A stretch of DNA of 42,901 nt from a virus (IMGVR_UViG_3300037506_000169:1-42901), one strand, 5' to 3'; positions 28,674 through 38,621 are shown, counted from the first letter of the stretch. Notes: generated from the sequence alone by a model not told the origin. Program-made: numbers and translations.

Positions 28674-28701
28674 CGTCCTTTACCTCCAAGTGAGAGAAAA
28701 G
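28669..28701. repeat. 33-bp direct repeat, copy 2
   Basis: Identical to 27096-27128. Confidence 0.9.
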
Positions 28702-28967
28702 CACCCCGCGTCATGGATGGGTACGACCGTCATCGTGATAGCGCCCCGCTCATCGCCGAGGGTCACGATCTTTTGGTTGCTCATGTCTCTTGTCTCTAGC
28801 GCCGGAAGAACCGCCGGCTCGCGGTCGCACGCGCGATCCTGCGCGCGCGCACCTATTATAGCGGCGCGGACTACAGAGAGTGCAGCCAAAAATCGCAGAA
28901 AGTATAGCTGGCGATCACATATCGTTGTACGAGCGAGACTTGTGGATTTGTAACATCGCTCACCTGG

Positions 28968-29320
28968 CCGGACCCGGCCGTGACGCTCTCCCAGGTCCCG
29001 GTCCCGGACCCGGCCGTGACGCTCTCCCAGGTCCCGGTCCCGGACCCGGACGGGCCGTGACGCTACTACCGGTCCCGGACCCGGACGGGACGCTCCCCCA
29101 GGTGCCGGTCCCGGACCCGGACGGGCCGTGACGCTCCAGGTGCCGGACCGGCCGCCGGTCAGGACCCGGACCGTGATGCTCCTACCGGTGCCGGACAGGC
29201 CGGCCCAGGTCACGCTCCCGGACGTCACGCTCCCGGTCCCGGACGCTCCTCCCTGCGGCTATCCCCATCGATCGAGGTGCGCGGCGCAGCCGCCCACGCT
29301 ACCGGGCGTGACGCTCCCAG
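28968..29320. repeat. Non-coding tandem repeat region upstream of terS
   Basis: Two exact 36-bp units (28968-29003, 29004-29039), then degenerate CCGGTCCCGGACCCGG and GT(G/C)ACGCTC units. Confidence 0.85.
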
Positions 29321-29482
29321 AGTACAGTCCCAGTAGTGTAATTTCTGCGAAATCCGTCGCAACGCGACCACGCCATCGTGGCGCCTACTCACTGCGCCGG
29401 CTAGCCTCCGTGGTATCGGCTCACCGACCCGACACGATACGTCCACGGACACGACCCCGGACACGTACACTCACGTACCCAC

Positions 29483-30028
29483 ATGCGCCGACCACGAGGC
29501 CGACCGCGCACACCAGTCCCGGCCGATGAGTCCGATGCACTCCTCTCCTGGATCGCGGATGGCGGCACCCTCACCGAGTGGTGCCGCCTCCATGGCCGAG
29601 CACGATCCACTATTACTCTTTGGAAACAAAAGAGTTACGATTACCGCGAACGGTTCGCCCGCGCGCGGGAGCAGGCAGCCCACGCACTAGTCGACGAGGC
29701 CCAGGACATTGCCGATGCCGCGACGCCTGAAACCGTTGCGGTAGCTAGGCTTAGGTGCGAAATGCGTTGGAAACGCGCTGCGTGCTTTTGTCCGCGCGCG
29801 TACGGAGCCAAGGCGCTGGCCGGACTGCTACCGGACGCTCCCGAGATGCTGTCGATCAGCGAGGTCGATGCGGCTCGTCAGATCGACCTGATCCTAGCCG
29901 CAGCTGAGCTACGTCGGACGCAGACAGTACATCTGGCGGGTCTGGAGCGCGAGAGACCTCGCATTACGGTAGGTACAGAGGGTACTGGTACGGGTGCAGA
30001 GCAGGGCGCAGACCCGGCCGGAGCGTGA
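29483..30028 (+). CDS. terS: Terminase small subunit (Sf6 gp1-like)
   Basis: WIADGGTLTEWC..STITLW..FARAREQAAHALVDEAQDIAD..ARLR..RW...PRAYG; upstream of terL. Confidence 0.85.
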   Translation: MRRPRGRPRTPVPADESDALLSWIADGGTLTEWCRLHGRARSTITLWKQKSYDYRERFARAREQAAHALVDEAQDIADAATPETVAVARLRCEMRWKRAACFCPRAYGAKALAGLLPDAPEMLSISEVDAARQIDLILAAAELRRTQTVHLAGLERERPRITVGTEGTGTGAEQGADPAGA

Positions 30029-30059
30029 CGTCACCGGGCGCAGACCCGGCCGGAGCGTG
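30004..30059 (+). repeat. 24-bp direct repeat at the terS 3' end
   Basis: GGGCGCAGACCCGGCCGGAGCGTG at 30004-30027 and 30036-30059. Confidence 0.85.
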
Positions 30060-30265
30060 GCGGGAGGGGGGGGGCACCCCAAAACACGCGCGTAGTACGA
30101 ACGAAACCGCCCCCCCGTGTTTTGTGGTGATTTTGGGTTAAGGGTCTAGTCGATTTGGTGATAGGCGTGGAGTGGTGGGGTGGTTGTGGTGGATGCGGGC
30201 AGTTTTTTTAAAAAAAGCTGAGCGTATTGTGGCAGGTTGTAGTGGTAGGTTGTGGTGTACGAGGT

Positions 30266-31810
30266 GTGAGCAGACGAACGATATCGAGTGAGACGCTAGC
30301 CGGGTTGACGGCGGAGGAGCGGGCGCGGCTAGCGAAGTTAATTGAGGCAGCGAATCCGCCGGTATGGGTACCGTTAGCTGGGCCGCAGTTGCAGGCGTAT
30401 GAGAGTGAAGCGGACGTATTGGGTTTTGGCGGGGCAGCTGGAGGTGGGAAAACGGATTTAGCGGTTGGGCTTGCGCTGACGCGGCATCAGCGTGTGGGCA
30501 TATTTCGGCAGAACGGGACGGAGTTGGTGGGGATAGTGGATCGGATTGCGTCGATTTTAGGGACGCGGGAGGGTTATAACGGTCAGGAGCGGTTATGGCG
30601 TTGGCATAGGAAGCGTGACAACGTGGCGGTGCAGATTGAGTTGGGATCGTTTCCGGTACCGGATGACGAGCGGAAGTATCAGGGGCGGCCGCATGATTTG
30701 CTGGTGTTTGACGAAGCGAGCAACATGCGGGAGTCGAGTGTACGGTTTCTGCTGGGGTGGTTGAGGACGACGGATCCGCGGCAGCGTTGTCGAGCGTTGA
30801 TGACATTCAATCCGCCATCGGATGCTGAGGGGCGGTGGGTGGTGCGGTATTTTGCGCCGTGGTTGGACAAGAAGCATCCGCGGCCTGCGGCACCTGGGGA
30901 GTTGCGTTGGTTTGCGACGATAGATGGGCGTGATGAGGAGCGGGAGAACGGGCAGGAGTTTGAGTATCGTGGTGAGAAGATCAGGCCGATTTCGCGGACT
31001 TTCATTCCGAGCAAGATATCGGACAATCCGTATTTATTGGGGACTGGGTATATGGCGACGTTGCAAGCGTTGCCGGAGCCGTTGCGCAGTCAGATGTTGC
31101 ACGGTGATTTCGAGGCCGGGCTGCAGGACAGTGCGTTTCAGGTGATTCCTACTGCGTGGGTGGAGGCGGCGCAGGAGCGGTGGCGGCGGCCGCAGCGGCT
31201 TGGCGAGATGATGAGCATTGGGGTTGACGTAGCGATGGGTGGTAAGGATTTGACGGTGATTGCGCGGCGGCATGCGAGTCCTGAGGGGCCTTGGTTTGAC
31301 GAGCCGATTGTATATTCGGGTCAGCAGAGTGTGGACGGGCCGACTGTTGCGGGGTTCTGCATGGCAGCGAAGCGGGATGATGCGCCGATTCACTTGGACT
31401 TGTTCGGGGTCGGGGCGCAGCCGTACGGGCACTTGATGGCCATGCATCAGCACGTCATCGGGGTGAACGTGGGTGAGCCGGCTCGAGGGTTGACCAGTGA
31501 TGGGCGCGTAGGGTTTCGGAATCTGCGGTCGGAGTTGTGGTGGCGGATGCGCGAGGCGTTGGAGCCGGCCAAGAACACGGGGTTGGCGTTACCGCCGAGT
31601 CGTGAGCTGCTGGCGGATCTGTGTGCGCCATGGTGGAGCATGAAAGGCAATGTGCTGCAGGTAGCGAGTCGGGATGAGATCCGGGAAAAGACTGGGCGGA
31701 GTCCGGACTACGGCACGGCTTACGTGCTGGCCCTGATGGACACGCCCAAGCAGACCGGTTTGCCGATCGGTAGGTCCAATCGGGAATACGATCCATACGC
31801 TGGAATGTGA
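30266..31810 (+). CDS. terL: Terminase large subunit
   Basis: Walker A GGAAGGGKT, Walker B LLVFDEA, TFNP, nuclease IGVDVA..D and SPDYG. Start uncertain (30227 or 30266). Confidence 0.95.
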   Translation: MSRRTISSETLAGLTAEERARLAKLIEAANPPVWVPLAGPQLQAYESEADVLGFGGAAGGGKTDLAVGLALTRHQRVGIFRQNGTELVGIVDRIASILGTREGYNGQERLWRWHRKRDNVAVQIELGSFPVPDDERKYQGRPHDLLVFDEASNMRESSVRFLLGWLRTTDPRQRCRALMTFNPPSDAEGRWVVRYFAPWLDKKHPRPAAPGELRWFATIDGRDEERENGQEFEYRGEKIRPISRTFIPSKISDNPYLLGTGYMATLQALPEPLRSQMLHGDFEAGLQDSAFQVIPTAWVEAAQERWRRPQRLGEMMSIGVDVAMGGKDLTVIARRHASPEGPWFDEPIVYSGQQSVDGPTVAGFCMAAKRDDAPIHLDLFGVGAQPYGHLMAMHQHVIGVNVGEPARGLTSDGRVGFRNLRSELWWRMREALEPAKNTGLALPPSRELLADLCAPWWSMKGNVLQVASRDEIREKTGRSPDYGTAYVLALMDTPKQTGLPIGRSNREYDPYAGM

Positions 31811-31832
31811 GCCTAGGGGTAGGACCTGTGGC

Positions 31833-32294
31833 ATGCCCGAGGTGCGTGCGCAGATCCGGATTCTGCTGGACCAGGTCGATACTGTCAGGTCCAGGGCAGA
31901 CGAGTTGATGCGGCAGCATTGGGAGGAGATCGCGCTGAACAAGAAACTGATGCGGTTGGATCCGGACTGGCATCGTTACTACATGCTCGAGGAACAGGAA
32001 CTGCTCATGACGCATACGGTGTGGGCGAACGAGCAGTTGGTCGGCTACAGCTTGACCTTCGTGATGCCGCACCTGCACTACAAGCAGTTAATGTGTGCAC
32101 AGAACGACGTGATCTTCATCGCCAAGCCCTACCGTGGTATCGGTAAGGGTTTGATCGCGCGGGTCGAGCAGGATGCGCGTAACAAAGGCGCTCGGCTGAT
32201 GCTGTGGCACAGCAAGCCCGACACCGCCCTGAACGGACTCATGCCAAGGATGGGCTACCGTGTCCAGGACATCGTGCACAGCCGGGAGTTGTAA
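31833..32294 (+). CDS. GNAT-like acetyltransferase-fold protein
   Basis: DVIFIAKPYRGIGKGLIARVEQDARNKGA (motif A-like). Confidence 0.75.
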   Translation: MPEVRAQIRILLDQVDTVRSRADELMRQHWEEIALNKKLMRLDPDWHRYYMLEEQELLMTHTVWANEQLVGYSLTFVMPHLHYKQLMCAQNDVIFIAKPYRGIGKGLIARVEQDARNKGARLMLWHSKPDTALNGLMPRMGYRVQDIVHSREL

Positions 32295-32298
32295 ACAG

Positions 32299-32628
32299 AT
32301 GGGATTTGCTGCAGCAATCGTTGGTGGGGCGTTGATCGGAGGATCTGTTTACCAGGGTCAGCAGCAGGCCAAGATTCAGCGGCAGGCATTGCGCGCACAG
32401 GAGCAGATGCAACGCGAGGCTGCGGCACGAGCTGCCGCACAACAGCGCCGTGCCGAACAGGAACAGGCGAGGGTAAACCGTAAGCGGGTAGATCCGGGCA
32501 CGCTGCTCACGATCGAGCAAGAAGCCAGCAGGCGCGGCGTCGGCTCGACCATGCTGACTGGAAGCGCCGGTCTGCAGGGATCGGTCGGCAAGCTGGCAAG
32601 CATCTCGCTGCTTGGTGGAGGCGGATAA
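32299..32628 (+). CDS. Small virion protein preceding the portal
   Basis: MGFAAAIVGG, Q/A-rich, GSTMLTG..LLGG; typical pre-portal gene. Confidence 0.65.
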   Translation: MGFAAAIVGGALIGGSVYQGQQQAKIQRQALRAQEQMQREAAARAAAQQRRAEQEQARVNRKRVDPGTLLTIEQEASRRGVGSTMLTGSAGLQGSVGKLASISLLGGGG

Positions 32629-34375
32629 CTTGATCTACGATTTCCGCAACCCGCAGGACGTGCGCACTGCGCTGCTGCATCGGTATAGCGCGTTGAAAAC
32701 TGAGCGCAGCAGTTGGTACACGCATTGGCGTGACCTCACGCGTTACCTTTTGCCACGAAGCGGCCGGTTCTTCGTGACGGACCGGAACCGCAGCGATCGC
32801 AGCTTCTACAACGCGATCTACGACAACACCGGCACGAGAGCATTGCGCACGCTCGGTGCCGGCATGATGAGTGGGATCTCGAGTCAGGCACGTCCATGGT
32901 TCAGGCTCAGCACGCACGATCCGGACCTGGCCGAGTTCTGGCCGGTCAGAGTGTGGCTCGATGACGTTGCCGAACGCATGTACGGCGAGTTCGAGCGCGG
33001 CAACACCTACCGGGTGCTGCACAGCATGTACGAACAACTCGGCGTCTACGGCACGGCCGTCAGCATGGTGCTGCCCGATGCACGCTACACGCTACACCAC
33101 TACCCGATCGCTTGCGGCGAGTACTGCTTGCAGCAGGACTACCAGGGCCGCATCATCGCGATGTACCGCGAGTTCGAGAAGACGGTCGGCGAGGTGGTGA
33201 AGGAGTTTGCGATCAGGAGACCAGACGGCACGCGTGACTTGTCGAACCTGTCGGTCGCGGTACGGACCGCATGGGATCAGCGCCAGCTCGAAAATCCAGT
33301 CCAGATCCTGCACGTCATCGAGCCGCGCGCTGATCAGGATCGTAACTTGGACAGTCCGTTCGCGAAGGACATGCCATGGCGGAGCGTGTTCATCGAGCTG
33401 ACCAGCAACGACGAGAACAAACTGCTGCGCGATTCTGGGTTCAACAGGTTCCCGATACTGGCGCCGCGCTGGGTCGTAGACGGAGGCGACGTCTACGGCA
33501 CGAGTCCCGGCATGGAAGCGCTCGGTGATATCCGGCAGCTGCAGCAACAACAGCTCCGGAAGGGGCAGGCGATCGACTATCAAGTCAAGCCGCCATTGCA
33601 GGTGCCGAGTAGCCTGAAGAACCGGGATGTCGAGGGTTATCCCGGCGGTATCAGCTACTACGAGCCAGGCATGACCTTGCCGTTCGACCAGATCACGCCG
33701 AACGGTGGGATCCGGTCGGCGTTCGAGGTCACGCTGGATCTGAGCCATCTCCTCGTCGACATGCAGGACTGCCGGCAGCGCATCAACGCGGCCATGTACG
33801 TCGACCTGTTCCTGATGCTGGCCAACATCTCGGATACGACCATGCGGACCGCGGCCGAAATCGCTGTGCGGCACGAAGAGAAACTGACGATGCTCGGGCC
33901 GGTCATCTCGCGGTTGCACAACGAGGCATTGCAGCCGCTGATCGACATGATGTTCGACGAGATGTGGAACCAGGGCAAACTGCCGCCGCCACCGGATGAA
34001 CTGCTCGGCCAGGATCTCACGGTCGAGTTCGTCAGCATCCTGGCACAGGCGCAGCAGCAGATCGGTAGCACGAACATGGATCGGTTCATGGGCAACGTGA
34101 TGGCGGTCTCGCAGGTGCGGCCGGACGTGCTCGACAAGATCAACTTCGACAAGTGGGTGGACCGCTACAGCCGTCGACTTGGCGTCGATGCCGAACTCAT
34201 CCAACCAGACGAGCGGGTGCTTGCAGTCCGGCAGGCCAGGGCTGCTGCGCAGGCCGCGCAGGAGCAGGTACAACTCGGCAACACGCAAAGCCAGACCGCG
34301 AAGAATCTGGCGCAGTCCCCGATTTCTGGTGCCAATGCGCTGACCGCGCTGGCTGGTCAGGAGGTCAAAGCGTGA
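32612..34375 (+). CDS. Portal (head-to-tail connector) protein
   Basis: IYDNTGTRALRTLGAGMMSG, RPWF, PRW..GDVYGTSPGMEALGD, TAAEIAVRHEEKLTMLGPVISRL. Confidence 0.95.
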   Translation: MVEADNLIYDFRNPQDVRTALLHRYSALKTERSSWYTHWRDLTRYLLPRSGRFFVTDRNRSDRSFYNAIYDNTGTRALRTLGAGMMSGISSQARPWFRLSTHDPDLAEFWPVRVWLDDVAERMYGEFERGNTYRVLHSMYEQLGVYGTAVSMVLPDARYTLHHYPIACGEYCLQQDYQGRIIAMYREFEKTVGEVVKEFAIRRPDGTRDLSNLSVAVRTAWDQRQLENPVQILHVIEPRADQDRNLDSPFAKDMPWRSVFIELTSNDENKLLRDSGFNRFPILAPRWVVDGGDVYGTSPGMEALGDIRQLQQQQLRKGQAIDYQVKPPLQVPSSLKNRDVEGYPGGISYYEPGMTLPFDQITPNGGIRSAFEVTLDLSHLLVDMQDCRQRINAAMYVDLFLMLANISDTTMRTAAEIAVRHEEKLTMLGPVISRLHNEALQPLIDMMFDEMWNQGKLPPPPDELLGQDLTVEFVSILAQAQQQIGSTNMDRFMGNVMAVSQVRPDVLDKINFDKWVDRYSRRLGVDAELIQPDERVLAVRQARAAAQAAQEQVQLGNTQSQTAKNLAQSPISGANALTALAGQEVKA

Positions 34376-34614
34376 TCCGCAAAGGCAAACCGGATCTGTC
34401 GCGTTCCGGGACGATGCGCGATCGTCCGTTTAACGAACGTGAACGGTCCGAACGGACCTGGCGCGATAATTTGGTGACCGTGTCCACCCGCCGGTACATC
34501 CAGCAAGTTGTGCCAACAGTTACGGGAGGTGGAGGTGGCAGCGGCGAGATCATTGATCTCGGTGCCCGACTCGGTAGCGGCGGGGCGCAGGTCTGTCTCG
34601 GGGCCAGGGTCTAG
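34372..34614 (+). CDS. Hypothetical protein (80 aa)
   Basis: GAGG RBS and GTG overlapping the portal stop; ends 2 nt before the fibre gene. Confidence 0.5.
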   Translation: MIRKGKPDLSRSGTMRDRPFNERERSERTWRDNLVTVSTRRYIQQVVPTVTGGGGGSGEIIDLGARLGSGGAQVCLGARV

Positions 34615-34616
34615 CC

Positions 34617-36629
34617 ATGGGCTTGCTCAAGATCCCGACCATCGCGAGCACGGACCGCAGCAGTTCGACCTGGGCGGCGGCCGAACTGCTCTACGACAGC
34701 AACCAATCGCTGGTCTACTACGGCAACGGTGTCGCAGGCGGTGGCGTATCGTTGGCCACTGGGGGTGGTGGTGGCGGTGGCGTTGCGATCTCGGCCGCTG
34801 GCAACAGCGTCAGCAACAACACGGTCGTGTTCAGCAACAGCAACGGCATCTCGTTCGGGATGGCCGGCAGTACGGTCACGGCCCAGCACAACGCGCTCAC
34901 CTCGCAGAGCAACCAGGCGGTCAGCGGGACGAACGGCAGCTTCGCGTTTCAGACCATCACGTTCGGCAGCAGCAACGGGGCGCACTTCTACACTACCAAC
35001 GGCTCGTTGGTCGTGAGCTATACGGTACCATCTGGTGATGGGGGCGTTGCGATCTCGGCGGCCGGCAACAGCGTCAGCAACAACACGGTCGTATTCAGCA
35101 ACAGCAACGGCATCTCGTTCGGGATGGCCGGCAGCACCGTAACCGCCCAGCACAACGCCATCACGACGCAGAGCGGTCAGGCGGTCAGCGGCAGCAACGG
35201 TTCGTTCGCCTTCGAGACCGTGACGTTTGGCAACAGCAACGGGGCCAGCTTTTACACCACCAACGGTTCGATGGTGGTGAGCTACACGGTGCCAACGCAG
35301 TCGAACCAGACGATCGGCGGCTACGCGTTGACCAACACGACTGGCGAGTCGAGCAGTTCGACGCTCGATGCGCGTTCGCTGAGCATCGTCGGTGGCGGTC
35401 AGGTTTCGGTCGGATTCAGCGCGGGCCGGTTGCTGATCTCGACGCCGACGCCGGTGATCCCTGATTCGACGATGGGCATCTATGCGCTGAGCACGGCCAA
35501 CACGACTGGTCAGTCGAGCAGTTCGACCGCTGACTACCGTAGTCTGTCGATCTCGTTCGCCGGGATTGCCAGCGGTGGCTGGAGCAACGGCAGCCTGTTG
35601 ATCTCGGTGCCTGCCGGCGGTGGCGCTGGTTTCTCGGCCGGCATGTCGACCGACGGCAACACGGCTGGCAGCGAGGGCACGGTCAGTCAGCGCCTCGTGC
35701 TGGTCGGATCACAGGGCGTGAGCCTGTCGCAGTCGACCAACCTTGGCAGCGCCACCCTGACGATCTACGGGCCGGCCAAGGCGACCACGGTCACGCCGGT
35801 CAGCAGCGTCAACGCTTCCGGCACGGTATCGACCCGCTACGCGTTGGAGGATCACGCGCATGCCGGCCTCAACATCGTGTCGATCGTCGGCAACACGTCC
35901 GGCACCACTACGGCCGGTGCCGGCAGCATCGTGCTAGCGGGTGGACCGAACCTGACCATCAGTTGCTCGACAGCGGCTGGCGGCATGACCGCATCGTTCA
36001 GTGCGGCGGCAGCAGGTGGTGGTGCGACCCGCTCGTACTACGAACCGTATGCCAATCGGTTGAACGTTGTCGGACAGCAGGGGCAAGGCACCCTGCACTT
36101 CAATCCGATGCCGTTGGATGGCGCGATCCAGTTCGATCGGCTGGTGATGCTGATCCATAACACCAACTCCAGCAACAGCAGCGGGTCGCACACGTTGTCG
36201 TTCTGGGGCGGTATCTACACCAAGAATGCATCCTCCCTGTCGTTGCTGGCCAGCGCTTCTCAGTCCATGGCGCTCACCCACAGCGGTACGGTCGGTAGCT
36301 ATTCGCTCTACAGCGGCATCCGCATGTTCACGATCGGTCTCACCACGACCCTGACGGCTGGTGACTACTGGCTGGGCATCCTGTCGCGCACGACCAGCGG
36401 CGGTGCCAACGGTACCTACTCGCAGGTGCTGGCATCGGCGTTCTCCAGCACGGTGCTCGGACATTTCAGTAGCAGTCACAACACCACCATGCAGTTCCAT
36501 CTCGGGCGTGGCATCTATACCGCTACCACCAGCGCGATGCCGGGCTCGGTCGGGTTCAATCAGATCCGCGGGTCGGACGTGATTGCGATGCGTCCACCCA
36601 TCGTCTTCTTCGCCAGCAGCACGGTATGA
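34617..36629 (+). CDS. Ser/Thr/Gly-rich fibre/spike-like structural protein
   Basis: 670 aa of low-complexity beta-type repeats, including an 88-aa internal duplication. Confidence 0.65.
   Translation: MGLLKIPTIASTDRSSSTWAAAELLYDSNQSLVYYGNGVAGGGVSLATGGGGGGGVAISAAGNSVSNNTVVFSNSNGISFGMAGSTVTAQHNALTSQSNQAVSGTNGSFAFQTITFGSSNGAHFYTTNGSLVVSYTVPSGDGGVAISAAGNSVSNNTVVFSNSNGISFGMAGSTVTAQHNAITTQSGQAVSGSNGSFAFETVTFGNSNGASFYTTNGSMVVSYTVPTQSNQTIGGYALTNTTGESSSSTLDARSLSIVGGGQVSVGFSAGRLLISTPTPVIPDSTMGIYALSTANTTGQSSSSTADYRSLSISFAGIASGGWSNGSLLISVPAGGGAGFSAGMSTDGNTAGSEGTVSQRLVLVGSQGVSLSQSTNLGSATLTIYGPAKATTVTPVSSVNASGTVSTRYALEDHAHAGLNIVSIVGNTSGTTTAGAGSIVLAGGPNLTISCSTAAGGMTASFSAAAAGGGATRSYYEPYANRLNVVGQQGQGTLHFNPMPLDGAIQFDRLVMLIHNTNSSNSSGSHTLSFWGGIYTKNASSLSLLASASQSMALTHSGTVGSYSLYSGIRMFTIGLTTTLTAGDYWLGILSRTTSGGANGTYSQVLASAFSSTVLGHFSSSHNTTMQFHLGRGIYTATTSAMPGSVGFNQIRGSDVIAMRPPIVFFASSTV
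34779..35295 (+). repeat. Intragenic 264-bp tandem duplication
   Basis: Units start at 34779 and 35043 (GVAISAAGNSVSNNTVVFSNSNGISFGMAG...VSYTVP), with mostly synonymous differences. Confidence 0.9.
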
Positions 36630-37369
36630 CCGACATGCTCACGATGGACAAGGTGACCGACGCTGTGCAGGGGCTCGGTTTCGAGCGCATCGAGCACATC
36701 CCAGGCTCTACCTTCCGCGACAACTCCACGATCATCGTGATCCCGACGCGCGGGATGATCCATCACAAGGTGGTGCAGGCGTGGCAGAACCTGATGGCGC
36801 CGATGAACCAGAAGCGCGGCATCATGTTCGCTTCCGGGCACGAAGTTGGCCGGGCCTACGATGAACTGGTCGAACGGATCCTGGTCGATCCGGTGCTGAG
36901 CAAGTGGCAGTACATGCTGACGCTGGAAGACGACAACCTGCCGCTGCCGGACGCACACATCCGGTTGCTCGAGTCGATCGCGTGGGGTGACTTCGATGCG
37001 GTGTCCGGCCTCTACTGGACCAAGGGCGACTACAACATGCCGATGGCCTATGGTGATCCCGAGCACTACAACCGGACCGGCGAACTGGAGTTCAAGCCGC
37101 GGGACGTGCGGCAGGCGTTGACGCGCGGCACGGTCATGCCGGTGAATGGCATCGCGATGGGCTGTGCGCTGTGGAAACTCGACCTGTTCCGGCGCATTCC
37201 GAAGCCGTGGTTCCAGACGTTGTCGGACTGGACACCAGAGAAGGGCGGTGAGTGCGGCACGCAGGATCTGGTGTTCTGCGGCAAGGCCAAGCGGGCCGGT
37301 GCCAGGTTCGCGGTCGACATGCGAGTGAAAGTCGGGCATCTCGACATCAACACCGGAATAGTCTACTAG
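36626..37369 (+). CDS. GT-A fold glycosyltransferase-like protein
   Basis: IIVIPTRG, MLTLEDDN (DxD-like), AVSGLY, GIAMGCAL, TQDLVFC..KVGH. Confidence 0.75.
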   Translation: MTDMLTMDKVTDAVQGLGFERIEHIPGSTFRDNSTIIVIPTRGMIHHKVVQAWQNLMAPMNQKRGIMFASGHEVGRAYDELVERILVDPVLSKWQYMLTLEDDNLPLPDAHIRLLESIAWGDFDAVSGLYWTKGDYNMPMAYGDPEHYNRTGELEFKPRDVRQALTRGTVMPVNGIAMGCALWKLDLFRRIPKPWFQTLSDWTPEKGGECGTQDLVFCGKAKRAGARFAVDMRVKVGHLDINTGIVY

Positions 37370-37373
37370 TCAC

Positions 37374-37991
37374 ATGACGCAACTTGCAGTCGCATCATCG
37401 ACCGACAAGGTCAAGCTCGACCTTGCGTGTGGGCAACGGCCGAAGGAAGGGTTCAAGGGTGTGGATCTGTACGCGCCCGACACCGAACACGTCGACTTGT
37501 TGAAGTTCCCGTGGCCGTGGCCGGACAGCAGCGTGGATGAGCTGTACTGTTCGCACTTCCTGGAGCACATCGACGCACGTCGGTTCGAGGACCGAGACCT
37601 TGCGCAGCCTGGCGCTATCGATTTGCTGGCCAGATTCAGCGGCAGGGACCTGCTCTGCTGCTTCATGGACGAGGCATGGCGCGTGCTCAAGCACGACGGC
37701 GTGTTCAACATCGTGGTGCCGAACGCGCGCAACAACCGAGCGTTTCAGGATCCGACGCACCGCCGGTTCTTCGTGGCCGAGTCCTTTCTCTACTTCAACC
37801 AGGAGTGGCGCAAAGCCAACCAGCTCGAGCACTACCTCGGCAACTGTGATTTCGGCGTCGAGGTCAACCACACGATGCTGGCGGAGCTCGGTACGCTGCA
37901 TCCGGAAGCACAGGCGCGGCGGTTCAACGAGTCGTGGAACGTGATCTACGACTGGTGTGCGAGGCTGGTCTGCAAGAAACCGAGTGGCTAG
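37374..37991 (+). CDS. SAM-dependent methyltransferase (type 11-like)
   Basis: KLDLACG, PWPDSSVDELYCSHFLEHI, EAWRVLK..G, DPTH. Confidence 0.85.
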   Translation: MTQLAVASSTDKVKLDLACGQRPKEGFKGVDLYAPDTEHVDLLKFPWPWPDSSVDELYCSHFLEHIDARRFEDRDLAQPGAIDLLARFSGRDLLCCFMDEAWRVLKHDGVFNIVVPNARNNRAFQDPTHRRFFVAESFLYFNQEWRKANQLEHYLGNCDFGVEVNHTMLAELGTLHPEAQARRFNESWNVIYDWCARLVCKKPSG

Positions 37992-37995
37992 CAAC

Positions 37996-38298
37996 ATGCC
38001 GACCATCGACGAGAAGACCACCTTGCGGATCCGGCTCGGCATCCTGCTGACGTTGCTCGGTACGGTGGTTGGCGTGACCTTGCAGTTCGCAGCGGTCCGT
38101 AACTCTGTCGTGATGATGGAGACCAGGCTGGCATCGCTCGATGCCAAAGCGACCGAGCACGGCAAGCAGATCGGCGAGGTCATCAACCAACTGAACGGTT
38201 TCAACCGGGCGCAGGCGATTCTCGAGACCGTGGTCACGTCGCACGGCCGCAAGCTCGAAACACTGGAGGCCGAGTTGCGCACGCTGCGCGGGCGCTAA
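37996..38298 (+). CDS. Membrane-anchored coiled-coil protein (possible lysis function)
   Basis: MPTIDEKTT start, one transmembrane segment, then coiled coil. Confidence 0.6.
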   Translation: MPTIDEKTTLRIRLGILLTLLGTVVGVTLQFAAVRNSVVMMETRLASLDAKATEHGKQIGEVINQLNGFNRAQAILETVVTSHGRKLETLEAELRTLRGR

Positions 38299-38320
38299 GC
38301 ATCCGGAGTACCCATGATGA

Positions 38321-38602
38321 ATGTCGGAACGCACCCTGGCTTGGCTAACCTTGCTGTGCTGCCTGCTGCTGCTGGCGGTGATGGCGTGGGGAGCCTTGCA
38401 GGTGCGGGATCTGGCAGGAGAATGGCAACGGCGAAACGAACTACGGAGTACCGAACACATGAGCATCACGACCCGCGACGTCGAGAATTTGTCCGGCACC
38501 AAGGCCGACATCACCACCACCAAGCTGAGTTCCGAGACGATGGACGAATGGCTCAGCCGGCATCTCGAGGCAGTGGTGAAGTGGCGCAACACGACTGGCT
38601 GA
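38321..38602 (+). CDS. N-terminally anchored membrane protein
   Basis: TLAWLTLLCCLLLLAVMAWGAL hydrophobic segment. Confidence 0.6.
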   Translation: MSERTLAWLTLLCCLLLLAVMAWGALQVRDLAGEWQRRNELRSTEHMSITTRDVENLSGTKADITTTKLSSETMDEWLSRHLEAVVKWRNTTG

Positions 38603-38621
38603 CCAGCACGAGGACCTGACC

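Noticed and set aside
28680-29228. 182-aa ORF across the repeat region
   Set aside because: Low-complexity translation of DNA repeats; only the last 34 codons (ATG 28784) are plausibly coding.
34779-35295. DGR template/variable repeat pair as in BPP-1
   Set aside because: No reverse transcriptase gene, and the differences are mostly synonymous rather than adenine-specific.
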